Positions 51,023-62,912 of a stretch of DNA of 64,000 nt are shown here, piece after piece; within the stretch, counting starts at the first letter, position 1, and each line of letters begins with the position of its first letter. The position numbers were made by a program, and so were the translations under genes. Below the pieces are notes generated by a model. It did no database searches and was not told where the DNA came from. It saw only the letters and a program-made list of their open reading frames with translations. This DNA is from Squalus acanthias (taxonomy: Eukaryota), in assembly GCA_030390025.1 (NCBI GenBank), contig CM059437.1:27652001-27716000 (forward strand). The letters run 5' to 3'.

Positions 51023-53664
51023 TAAGTGTTTACAGAAATCCCGTACAAAGTCACAAACCAGTACTAACAGACATGGATCCACTCCCCACTAACCCAGTGC
51101 TGTCAGGCCCTTTCCCTGTCCCTCCCATCAGTGCTGACACCATAAGTCCACCACTGAGCCAAACCTCACACTCAACCCCCAGTTGTGCCAAACCTCAGGT
51201 CAGGTTCAGCTTCCGCAGTTCTGCCGTATCCTAAGTTGCACTCCACAGTGACGCCAGATCAAAGAACCCCTCATGCTGCCAAACTCGAGCAGCCCCCGTG
51301 CAATTTTGACAAACTTCAGGATCCCCACTCTGGTTCTGCCAAACCCCAGTAATATCCCTCAGTGTTATAAAAGTGCAGAACTGCCCCCAAGTACAGCTAA
51401 ACACCATCCCCTCTATCCCCAGTACTGTTGCATACCAGATATCTACCTCCAATTGCTGCATCTTTCTGTGTATTCTCAGCATTAGCAATGGCAACGGATA
51501 AAAACAAAATACAAATATAAGTAAAGAAATATATATAAAATAAAGAAATGTATAATTATATATGGAAAATATGAAGTAAAAGCCATTCACAATTTTCAGA
51601 GATTTGTGGAATTTAATCCTCAAAGCACCAGGAAAAATCCAAGAATACCATTTAATAAAAGGACGCGATTGCTGCCAACGAAGTTGAAGTAGTTGCGCGT
51701 GTGCAGTTTCAGTGTTTTTTCAGTTGTTCGCTAACTGAAAAGAAAATATTGTCGCCATTACAAAGAAAACACTTCCAGGCAGAAATAGGGGAGGGGGCGG
51801 TGAAAAGAGATCGCTGCTGCCGAACACAGCCGCATCAGGAAAAGAAAATCTGCGCCAGCAAAACACAGTAAACGTCCATTTTTATTAATTTTCTTCTCCT
51901 TTCCCTTCACACGGCGCTTTGCACCATACAAATAAATCTCCGCAACCCTTCCCCCCGCGAAAATATCATACATTAATACTTAAACCAACCCCGCGCTATT
52001 ATTATACATTATTAAACCAACCCATGGCTCCATAGTTTCCATAGATTCAGGCATGCGATATGACTATATCATTATTCATTCATACTTAAACCGCCACAGA
52101 TTTATGCAGAGAACGCTTCGGTGCAGCTTCCGGTTCGTTGGCTGCAGTCACTCCGTTAATAAAAATGGAACTTGACTTATTCAAGCACTGTAAATCAGAG
52201 ACCCTGATGTTATCCTCTACATGATGTAAACACCCCCAATTATTATAAGACAGTGAGTTATCTGACTCACAGTGAGAAATACCACAGGAAATCTTCAATT
52301 ATACATTTACAAGTAAATATATTTGCATATGTGTATACGATTCCTACATTTGCACACACTTCCTGTCAAGTTTTTCCTTTGACTATATCCACATTTCTGA
52401 CGGAATTGCCTGTACAAATATGTCACGCTGTAATTACACGCACCACCCCCCTCCCAATGGAGGTACTGCAGCGCCACCACCGGCGGGAGGGTGTAATACA
52501 GCATGGTAAGTTTACATAGGCCGTTTCCATTACAAATGTGGACAATGAAATTCATAATGGAAATAATTAAAAATAAGGACAGAAGTATTAACTTTAAAAT
52601 GGAGACTGAATTACATCTGCACTCCCTGGTCCAATTATCAGCGTGCCTCTAACCTCGCTTCACCTGAAGACTACACTTGGTCTTAAATTCCACGTGCAAT
52701 GCCATGGGCTATCAACTATGCTTGCACCTGGTGCAGGCTAGTCACACTTCAGATATCACACTTCAAAGTGTCAAATATATAAAATAAACAAGAAACACAA
52801 TTCTTTCCTGCTGTTTTATCCTGATCTTGATAACTTGGCCTCTCTCCAAATACAGTAGCCGGGGATTTACGAGAAGCAGCCAATCGAAAGAAAACAATGA
52901 GCTTCTAATTGACCTCAGGATGCGCTCATCTGCCTACAAATACCTGAGCAGTGGCCTTAAAGGGACAGGTCAGGTTAAACACAGGTCCGCCTTAACAGAT
53001 AAATATCGCGACCTTGCCGCTGACCCCAGGCTACCTGGGACCAATGTCACGGATGATCAGCTAACAAGCATTAAAAAAAAATATTCTTTGAACACTTGCA
53101 GTCCACACGAGGTTGTTGTAACAATTGAGAACAAGCACTGGATATATCCTGACAGCAATGAATTACAAGAGGAAAGGTTATTTTAGCCGTTTGGAAAAAT
53201 CTGTGCAAATTTGGCCACCTATCTTTATAAGGACGCAGGAGAGAGTTTGAAAAAGAAGAAAAATAATTTTGGGACTCAACACTTTTAAGGTACAGAAATC
53301 GGCCACAACATTGGACTTGCTATCAACTGAGGAAGGGACGCGAAGAGGGGACAATGTTCTGGGTCTTTAAGATGCTGGAAGACTTGGAAAATGTGGTTAT
53401 TCAATTTAAGCTGAAGATGTGAGCACAAGTTTGACAAGTCCAAGCAAGACCAGAGGTCAGAAGGATTTCTTTCTCACACAGCAGTAGATGTGTGACGTAT
53501 AATTCAATAAAGAGCAGTTTATGCTGTAACAATTAAAAAAAAGGGAACTGCACAAGCATCTGACTAAGAAATTGGATTGAAGGCGAAAGGATAAAAATGT
53601 AAAATGACAGAACCGGATGGAAGCTCCATCAACACTTGAACGATGCTGGCTGACCTGCAGTTTA

Positions 53665-54065
53665 CAACAACAACCACTACAACAACAACTTACACTTATA
53701 TAGCGCATTTAACGTAGCAAACCGTCTCAAGGCGCTTAACAAGAGCGATAGCAGTTCAAAGATTTTTGACACCAAGCCACAGAAGGAGCTATCAGGACAG
53801 ATGACCAAAAGCTTGATCAAAGAGATAGGTTTTAAGGAGCATCTTAAAAGAAGAGAGAGCGGCGGAGAGGCGGAGAGGTTTAGGGAGGGAATTCCAGAGC
53901 TGCGGGTCCTCGGCAGCTGAAGGCACGGCCACCAACGGTGGAGCGATTAAAATCGGGGATGCGCAAGAGGCCAGAATTGGAGGAGCGCAGATATCTCGGA
54001 GGGTTGCAGGGCTGGAGGAGGCTACAGAGATAGGGAGGGGCGGGGCCATGGAGGGATTTGAAAAA
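53665..54065 (-). mobile_element. L2 LINE 3' end
   Basis: LWNSLPKPLRLS...FKMLLKTYLFDQAF motif; (CAA)n tail. Confidence 0.85.
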
Positions 54066-54783
54066 TAGGGATAGAAACTTAAATATTGTACAGAATACAA
54101 TGGTTCTGCTACTTCTAGGACCATGGGGATGTGTTATCTTTGAAATGTAAATGTGTAGGGCTTAATAGTCTAAGCTATAATGCTAGATTGGTGTCCCGAG
54201 GTTCTCATTGGCTTGCCTTTGCTATCAGTGAGACATTTCAGGTTTATTTAAATCTGTAGCTACTTGTCTCCTTCAGGAGATAAAATAAGTTGAAAACTGT
54301 CCAAATTTTAAATGTTTTGGCGTTGAAAGGAATGCCATATCTAATTTCACATTTTCTTATTTTCCATAAAGGAAGTGGAACCTCATTTTGAATGGAGTCC
54401 CTTTGCGTATGCTGCAAGCGCACACAACCTACCTTCACTTTATCCTTAATATAGCACCTAGTATTATAACGGGTAGTTTTATGGACTTCCACTCCTGGGT
54501 TTTGGCCCCATATGGCTGGAAAATTGCGGGTTGCTCTACATTCCTAGTGTGTGCTCCCATCGAGTGGAGCTCCCTGCCAGAAGTGTGGATATAATGTTGT
54601 TCTGTTTATTATTATTTTCCGTTGACCCTTGGACATAGCACAACACATGCCAGAAGCAGCAGTATAAGTCAGACAGCCTTCTACAGTCGCTTGCAAATCC
54701 CAGTATGTGTTATTCTAGATTGTATTCTTTATTTCACGGCTATTGAGCAAAGTTTGTGTTAATTATCAACCTCCAGACACAGA

Positions 54784-55628
54784 GGGCTGGATTTTGTCAA
54801 TGGGAAGCTTTTGGAGGTGGGACTGCTGCTTGCCGGCTTTCAATCCCGCCTCCATCAGCTTCTGGCCAACCAGCGGGTTGTTCCCCTGATTGACCTTGTT
54901 ATGCCCACCCAGCGGGCTCAGCAGGCCAATTAGGGGGAAGTCAATGACAGAGCACGTCAACGTCTGACGTGCAATCTGTCAAGATTTTTTGCAAGATGAA
55001 ATGTCAGCGTTTGACAGCTCTGTGAAGCTGTCAAACACTGACATTCGGTGTAGTTTGATGAGACCTTGTGTTCAGGACTCATCAAACCTTTCTACTTTGC
55101 AGAAATCACTTGGCTGTTGGATCGGAGGATGCAGCAGCCAGTCTGTGATCTCTACAATGGAGATGTCGGGACTCCGGCTCCACAGCGGCTGAAGGCTGTA
55201 GGGAGAAACAAAGGTAAGTGAACATTTTATAACACTTTTCACTCACTTTACATACTTACCACTCCACACTTGCACCCATCACTCACCTCTGCATCGCACT
55301 TTCAGACCCCTCTGACCCCCTTTGACCTCCTACTCAGCCCCTACACCCTGGCGGGGTTCCCCGAGGTCGGGAAGCCTGCACATCGAAACGAAAAATGGGG
55401 ATAATCCTATTTTCTGCCTGTTAACTACCTGTTAACAGGCAGTTAATAGGCTTTAATCCTTTTCCCGCTTCGAGGAGACGGGACCCGGGGCAGGACGGCT
55501 TCCCGCCTCCTGGCAAGAGGGCACGGAGGCGGGATGGGGGCGGGTTTGCCAGCCGCCCCCAAATTCTGCAACTTTACCGGCAGTCCCGCCTCCATACCCG
55601 CCTCCTCGGGGCTGACAAAATCCAGCCC
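54784..55628. mobile_element. PIF/Harbinger MITE family B
   Basis: TIRs GGGCTGGATTTTGTCA / TGACAAAATCCAGCCC; TSD AGA. Confidence 0.9.
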
Positions 55629-55685
55629 AGAGATTCAAGGGACAGCTGTAGTCAGAGGAGCCCCATCTGTGTTTTAATAGTTTTA

Positions 55686-56205
55686 GGGGGGTGAAATTGG
55701 TCTATGCCAATCGGCGCCTTGTGCCACACCATGTCCGATTTTCTTTTCCAATTGTGAAGATGAAAATTGGCCGTGATGTAAAACGGGTTGTTAAAATTCT
55801 GACCGGATGCAGGGAGGATGTTTCCCCTGGCTGGGGGGTCTAGAACGAGGGGTCACAGTCTCAGGATACGGGGTAGGACATTTAGGACTGAGATGAGGAG
55901 AAATTTCTTCATTCAGAGGGTGGTGAACCTGTGGAATTCTCTACCACAGAAGGCTGTGGAGGCCAAGTCACTGAATATATTTAAGAAGGAGATAGATGGA
56001 TTTCTAGACACAAAAGGCGTCAAGGGGTATGGGGAGAGAGTGGGAATATGGTATTGAGATAGAGGATCAGCCATGATCATATTGAATGGCGGAGCGGGCT
56101 CGAAGGACTGAATGGCCTACTCCTGCTCCTATTTTTCTATGTTTCGATGTTGCCAATTTGCTTTACCCCATTTTTGCCCGACTGGTGTAGACCAATTTCG
56201 CCCCC
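55686..56205. mobile_element. Small MITE interrupted by a CR1 3' fragment (~55790-56150, plus strand)
   Basis: TIRs GGGGTGAAATTGGTCTA / TAGACCAATTTCGCCCC surround CR1 ORF 55818-56057. Confidence 0.75.
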
Positions 56206-56857
56206 TCGATTTGGAATTTAAAGAGCTCGTGTTACACAAAAAGTGATAAAATTCACTAATGGAATGTTTATGACATCTCTGAATATTGTTTATCATTTTT
56301 TATAAGGGATGATGCCTCATGACTTTTCTCTGAATGACATGCAGCAGAGAACTCATCTGATAGCCTCTGTAAGGGCAGATCTAATAGAGGTTCTCAAAAT
56401 AATGAAAAGTTGAGAGAGAGTAAATAGTGAAAGACCTGGCCGGGGTGGGGGGAGCGTTGACATTGAAGACATTCTTCAGCCAGCAATAAAGATTAGAATG
56501 ACCTCCCTTGCTTCCACTGGTTGGCGAATCAGTAACAAAGGGCATAAAGCCAAGATTATCAATGGAAGATCTAAAGAGGGAAAGTAGAAGAGTTTGTTTC
56601 ACACAGAGGTTTATTATAACACAGAAGAGTAGAAATTCTGATGGACAAATGTTAGGTGCTCATCTTATATTCCTGTGTTTGTTATTTTTATGCTGCAATG
56701 TTTGTACATGAACTTCACCAATCGGGATGCCTTCTCGCAGGTGGCAACTATAGCGTCTATTTACAGGGACTTTGGTAAGTACTTTGAAAAGGAAGCATAT
56801 AAAGGGATACGGGGAAAAGGGATTAGGGTAGATAGCTCCAGTTGAAGAGCTAGACCT

Positions 56858-57685
56858 ATGCCTTTCACAACCTCAGGGCATTCCAGGGCACTTTACAGCC
56901 AATTAATTACTTTTGACGTGTAGTCACTGTTGTAATGTTGGAAACACGGCAGCCAATTAACACACAGCAAGCTCCCACAGACAGCACTGTGATAATGAAC
57001 AGATAATGTTAAATAACAACAGAAAGTGCTGGAAACACTCAGCAGGCCAATAACCAGGGGGCACAGTTTCAAGGTAAGAGGCAGGAGGTTTAGCGGGGAT
57101 TTGAGGAAAAACCTTTTCACCCAGAGGGTGGTTGGAATCTGGAACTCACTGCCTGAAAGGGTGGTAGAGGCAGGAACCCTCACAACATTCAAGAAGCATT
57201 TAGATGAGCACTTGAAACGCCATAGCATACAAGGCTACGGACCAAGTGCTGGAAAATGGGATTAGAATAGACAGGGCTTGATGGCCGGCGCGGACACGGT
57301 GGGCCGAAGGGCCTCTTTCTGTGCTGTATTACTCTATGACTCTATGAGGTCAGGCAGCATCGAGGAGAGAGAGAAACAGAGTCAACATTTCGGGTCGAAC
57401 CCTTCGTCAGAACCGGATAATGATAATGTTGGTTGAGGGACGAATATTGGAGAACTCCCCTGCTCTTCATCAAAATAGTGCCGTGGGATCTTTTATGTAC
57501 ACCTGGGAGGGCAGACAGTTTAACGTCTCATCTGAAAGACGGCACCTCTGACAGTACAGCACTCCCTTAGTGCTGCACTGCAATGTCAGCCTGGATTATG
57601 TGCTGAAGTCTCATGGAATGGGATCTGAGCCCACGACCTTCGGACTCGAGAGGCGTGAGTGCTACCCACTGAGCCACGGCTGACA
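56858..57685 (-). mobile_element. Nested cluster: DeuSINE containing a Penelope-like fragment (57011-57415) that contains a CR1 tail (~57047-57346)
   Basis: Each outer element resumes after the inner one; GATAATG appears on both sides of the PLE fragment. Confidence 0.8.
57380..57414 (-). ncRNA. Minimal hammerhead ribozyme motif with slightly weakened stems
   Basis: Minus strand GGTT-CTGACGA-A-GGGT TCG ACCC-GAAA-TG-TT-GACT. Confidence 0.65.
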
Positions 57686-59029
57686 CAGGCACAATGGGCC
57701 AAATGCTCTCTTCCTGTAATTCCAACGATTCTAAGCTTCAATGCTTTTCAGCATCACAAAACTGAACGCGAACGTTTAGAAATTACTGCTTGTGAAGTTA
57801 GCGCGGAAAACATTGAATGCATTCACGTGACATCCCCTGTCCATTATTTTAATGCAGGGGTTAACCCATCCGCTAAAATAATGGGACACGGGAGCGAATG
57901 AGTCTCTAACACTCTATATGACCAGTTCCTTTAAAAAAAACTTTCCTACGGTGACAGGTGATCTGACAGCTTGTGAATAAACTCATTGGTTTACAGGAGT
58001 ATCAGTTGAAATCTGGAACACAAACTCAAACCCAAGGCTTTGGGAAAGACACTGTGACAGAGCACTGCCTTTTCATTATAGGGGCCCGAGTTTGAGCCTA
58101 GTCCAAAAGTCTGTTCAAACAATATCCTGCCTTCTCTGGGATGTAAATACAAATTCAGCTCACACAAAGAGGACGAAGATTTTTCACTGCTTTGGACAGT
58201 ATTAAACCTGGGTGCACAAGAAGTTCAGAGAGGTGGGATAAAAGTCTTCTCGCCACGATGGGAGAGTGAATGGGACAGTACATCAGAACGCATTGACATT
58301 TTGATTCATGGATTCGGGATTCCAATTCAGCTGAAACAAATATGATGAATGTTGTCTCTCAGTGACAGAGTTCAGCAGTATTAGTAAAGAAGACAAGGTC
58401 CTACAACACGGTTGTTCTATAAAATGAGTCTGAACTTAGGCCAAGGGACTGGGGAACACAGGAGCCTAAAACACTGAAATTATGCCGTGAGATACTAATA
58501 TAAGGAATGCTTAGCGCAGTTGCTGAAATTCTTCCCTCCATTATAAAATGAATGGGTCAGTGAAGCCGAGAGAGGAAATTCAGATAAATGCATTGTGGTC
58601 ATCCGCTACTGTCCCAATTTCAGGGCCTGTGATTTTTGGCCTGTGACTGGTTCGAATCCGGACGGAGGGAATCAAGATCCCGTTCCTCGCCTATTTCATC
58701 CCTGAAGCTCCTGACATGCTGCGGTCGTGTTCTACAGACAACAGCTGCCCTCTGGGTCTCTGCCCATCTGGCTATTCTTCGCGTGCGACTTTAGACAGTC
58801 AAGTGCCAACAGGCCGTTCAAGGGCAACACAACTGAGCCCAATTCTAACCCTATCTGATATCCACACACCTGAATTTTCAGCTGCAAGCACTTGACAGTG
58901 ATCAGGAGCAGGCGCCCGATCCACCCTGAGGCCATTGAAGCCAGTTTTAGCTTTCCTACCACCATAAAGCTCAGGTCAGCTAACATCAGAGAGTAAGGAG
59001 CAAACGTGGGACTATTTTTAAAAATTCAT

Positions 59030-60178
59030 TCATGGGATGTGGGCGTCGCTGGCAAGGCCAGCATTTATTGCCCATCCCTAGTTGCCCTTGAGAAGGTGGT
59101 GGTGAGCCACCTTCTTGAACCGCTGCAGTCCGTGTGGTGAGGGTACTCCCACAGTGCTGTTAGGGAGGGGGTTCCAGGATTTTGACCCAGCGACGATGAA
59201 GGAACAGCGATATACTTCCAAGTCAAGATGGCATGTGACTTGGAGGGGAACTTGGAGGTCGTGGTGTTCCCATGCGCCTGCTGCCCTTGTCCTTCTAGGT
59301 GGTAGAGGTCGCGGGTTTGGGAGGTGCTGCCGAAGAAGCCTTGGCGAGTTGCTGCAGTGCATCTTGTAGATGGTACACACTGCAGCCATGGTACGCCAGT
59401 GGTGGAGGGAGTGAATGTTTAAGGTGGTGGATGGGGTGCCAATCAAGTGGGCTGCTCTGTCCTGGATGGTGTCGAGCTTCTTGAGTGTTGTTGGAGTTGC
59501 ACTCATCCAGGCAAGTGGAGAGTATTCCATCACACTCCTGACTTGTTCCTTGTAGATGGTGGAAAGGCTTTGGGGAGTCAGGAGGTGAGACACTCGCCGC
59601 AGAATACCTAGCCTCTGACCTGCTCTTGTTGCCACAGTATTTATGTGGCTGGTCCAGTTAAGTTTCTGGTCAATGGTGACCCCCAGGATGTTGATGATGG
59701 GGGATTCGGTGATGGTAATGTCATTGAATGTCAAGGGGCAGTGGTTAGACTCTTACTTGTTGGAGATAGTCATTGCCTGGCACTTGTGTGGCGTGAATGT
59801 TACCTGCCACTTATCAGCCCAAGCCTGAATGTCGTCCAGTTCTCGTTGCATGCGGGCATGGACTGCTTCATTATCTGAGGAGTTGTGAATGGCACTGAAC
59901 ACTGTGCAGTCATCAGCGAACATCCCCATTTCTGACCTTATGTTGGAGGGAAGGTCATTGTTGAAGCAGCTGAAGATGGTTGGGCCTAGGACACTGCCCT
60001 GAGGAACTCCTGCAGCGGTGTCCTGGGGCTGAGATGATTGACCTTCAACCACCACAACCATCTTCCTTTGTGCTAGGTATGACTCCAGCCAGTGGAGAGT
60101 TTTCCCCCCCGATTCCCATTGACTTCAGTTTTACTAGGGCTCCTTGATGCCACACTCGGTCAAATCCTGCCTTGATGG
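59030..60178 (-). mobile_element. Non-LTR retrotransposon RT and 3' end (CR1/L2 group)
   Basis: GVPQGSVLGP, MFADD and WADKWQVTF motifs; ORFs 59753-60061 and 59078-59734. Confidence 0.9.
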
Positions 60179-60705
60179 TCTGTGTGACTCAGTTCACTTA
60201 ATGACTGAACCATCAGAGCAGCAAAGATCTGTTTTTAAAGGGTAGGATTAACCACTGACCTTTAACCTTTGGGATATCGGTTCAAATCTTCATTGATGCC
60301 AACTTTCTCATTGGTGGGAGGACAGGGGATCTCAGGCTTGATCACTCCTTGTGTGAAGATTTCTTGACATCAGTCCTTGATGGAAAACTTGCTTTTTAGT
60401 AGTTTGAACCTGTGTCCTCTCGTTCTACTCTCATAATTTAGTTTGAAGTAATTTTCTGAATTCCATAATATAAACACTTTTGTACTTGTCACTGCTTGAC
60501 ATGCCATACAAATAGTATACCCTTCTTCCTGTCATCCTTGCAGATTAGCAGTAACCCATCATGACACGTTTTTTTAAAATTCTATAGTAAAAAGAATATG
60601 ATTCTCCATAGAGTTGAAGTTTTATAGATTCCCCTGATGGCTCAGCTGGTTAAAGCAATGAATAGCTGAGCCATACATGTCAGGAAAGTCCTGGGATTGA
60701 TCCTT

Positions 60706-62500
60706 GGGCTCGATTTTGCCAGTGTGGGCGGGCTGGGGCGTGTCAGGTGGGAATCGTGTCAGGACCCCGACTCCGAAGTGAAGTGTTGAAAAATTGCGAT
60801 TTTCCCCTAATTGGGCACTTGATTTCCAGCGTGTGGAAACCCCTGGCCCAATGAGTCTTTTCATAGAGAAAGTCGCCTCCGATGACGTCATCAATGCTGC
60901 TGGATTTAAGGCCTGCAAGCAGCCTTGCTTCTTCTGGAGACTGGAAACGCTTTGGACATTGTATGAAGGACTTAATTTACTGACCATGTCCACCAGCAAG
61001 CAAAAGTGTGCACCTCGCTTTGATGCGCCCTCCCTCCAAGCTCTGGTGCAGGGAGCAAGATCTAATAAGCAGGTGCTCTTCCCTTCCTCAGGGAGAAAAA
61101 AGCCACCCCAGCAGACTAAAGCTGTGTGGCTGCAAGTGGCCGAAGAGGTCAACTCCATATCAATGAGCCGCAGAACCTGGCTGCAGTGCAGGAAGAGGTT
61201 TCATGACATTCTCCGCACAGGAAAAGTGAGTATGACTTTCCCATCACCCTCAATCTGAACTCCATTGCCTCTCCTCACCAGCACTCTGCTTTGCCAACCT
61301 CTTCCTCCACATCCCACTTGACACTTACATCCCTGCACCCTTACCCATTGCCCCTCTCTCTATGGTCACATTCACTTAACTATTCGACCATGTAGCCCTC
61401 ACACTCCCTATCACTGTGAGGCAATGACAACAACACACAGGGAGGGCCCTTTGTCTCCTTCTAAGCATCTATGCTACGGATTCTCTACACTCACTCCTTC
61501 ATTCTCACTCAAACTCCACTTGTGTCCCTCATTGCAGGAAAAGAGAGCCCACAATAAGAGGGAAAGAGCCATGACAGGAGGAGGGCCACCCTCAGTAGCC
61601 CAGCTCACCGCTTGGGAGGAGGCAGCCCTGGAAATCGCCGGGAACGAGGAGGATTCCCAAGTGGGGCACGGACAGACGGGCGCATCACAGCAAGCTGGTG
61701 ACAGAATAGTTTGGCATCTCTCTTATTGACATTGCATGAGTCACTGATAATGAATCTGATGCTCTAACAGATTGACTTATGATCATCTGCACTATTCAAT
61801 GTTCATGTAACCTTGACCTCACATCTAACTCTTTCCTTTACTCCCCCACAGGATTATCGAAAGCCCCCGTCCCCACTGTCCAGGAGGAAGAGCCTGAGCC
61901 TCAAGACTCCTCAGAGGAAGCTGCAACCTCTAAGGGCGCAGCGTCAGCAGAATTCAGTGCACCCAGCACCAGCGCAGACACTCACACCTCGGTGGGACCT
62001 TCGGGACATAGAGTAGTGTTGGCACCTGGTGTATCAAAGCTCACAAGTGAGCATCAGCAGATGGTGGAGACAGGGACAGCAGTGGAGAGTCCTCGTCGGA
62101 GGGCGCAGGACTCTGCCAGCTCGGCTCAGCTGCATGTCGACCCTGTGCCTCCGGGTCCATCCAGAAGGAGAGCGGTGCTGGAACTCCAGGAACAGGTGCA
62201 GGAGTCTCTGGCAGGTTTTGTCTCCAGGGTCGCTGCGAGTGTGGAGTGAATGGAGGAGTTCATCGTGAACATGAGCAGAGCCTTTGTGGAGGCATTGGCG
62301 CATGAACGCATCACCACGGAAAGGATGGCAACCTCCATGGAAAGGATGGCTACGGTAGAGGAGAGGATGGCTACGGTCATGGAGGAGCTAAGTCGCCAGA
62401 GTGTTGAAAACATGGTCATTGTTCAGAATAGACTGACATCTCTTGAGGAGCGATGGCCAGCTATTGAGCATAGAAACCAAACCTTCATGGAAGTCCTCTG
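60706..62500 (+). mobile_element. PIF/Harbinger element: left end plus Myb/SANT-like gene; right TIR and transposase not seen
   Basis: Begins GGGCTCGATTTTG, like the family B TIRs, inside a tRNA-like SINE head; carries the spliced gene listed next. Confidence 0.78.
60986..62497 (+). pseudogene. Three-exon Harbinger Myb/SANT-like (trihelix, NAIF1/MSANTD-type) gene: exons 60986-61225, 61538-61697 and 61852-~62497
   Basis: APRFD..L..LV...W..VA...RTW.QC.KRF.D domain and TGGG motif; GT-AG introns in phases 0 and 1 join in frame; in-frame TGA at 62247; CR1 insertion near 62500. Confidence 0.82.
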
Positions 62501-62912
62501 GAGTAGAGAAGGTGACCTAATAGAGGTCTTTAAAATTATGAAAGGTTTTGATAGAGTGGATACAGAGAGAATGTTTCCACTTGTGGGGAAGAGCATAACT
62601 AGAGGCCATCAATATAAGATAGTCACCAAGAAATCCAATAGGGAATTCAGAAGAAACTTCTTTACACAGAGAGTGGTGAGAATGTGGAACTCGCTACCAC
62701 AGGGAGTGGTTGAAGCAAATAGTATAGATGCATTTAAGGGGAGGCTGGACAAGCATATGAGGGAGAAGGGAATAGAGGGTTACGCTGATAGATTTAGATG
62801 AGGAAAGACGGGAGGAGGCTCGAGTGGAGCATAAACGCCGGCATGGACTGGTTGGGCCGAATGGCCTGTTTCTGTGCCGTATATCCGATGTAATCCTATG
62901 TAATATGATGTG
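62500..62912 (+). mobile_element. CR1 3' fragment inserted into the Myb/SANT gene
   Basis: GDLIEVFKIMKGFDRVD...NFFTQRVVRMWNSLP followed by a CR1 tail. Confidence 0.88.

Noticed and set aside
51197-51208. AGGTCAGGTTCA nuclear-receptor element
   Set aside because: DR0 spacing rather than the DR4 typical of thyroid response elements, and plausible by chance in 64 kb.
62250-62801. 183-aa novel protein
   Set aside because: Chance in-frame fusion of the Myb/SANT tail with an inserted CR1 fragment, downstream of a stop codon.
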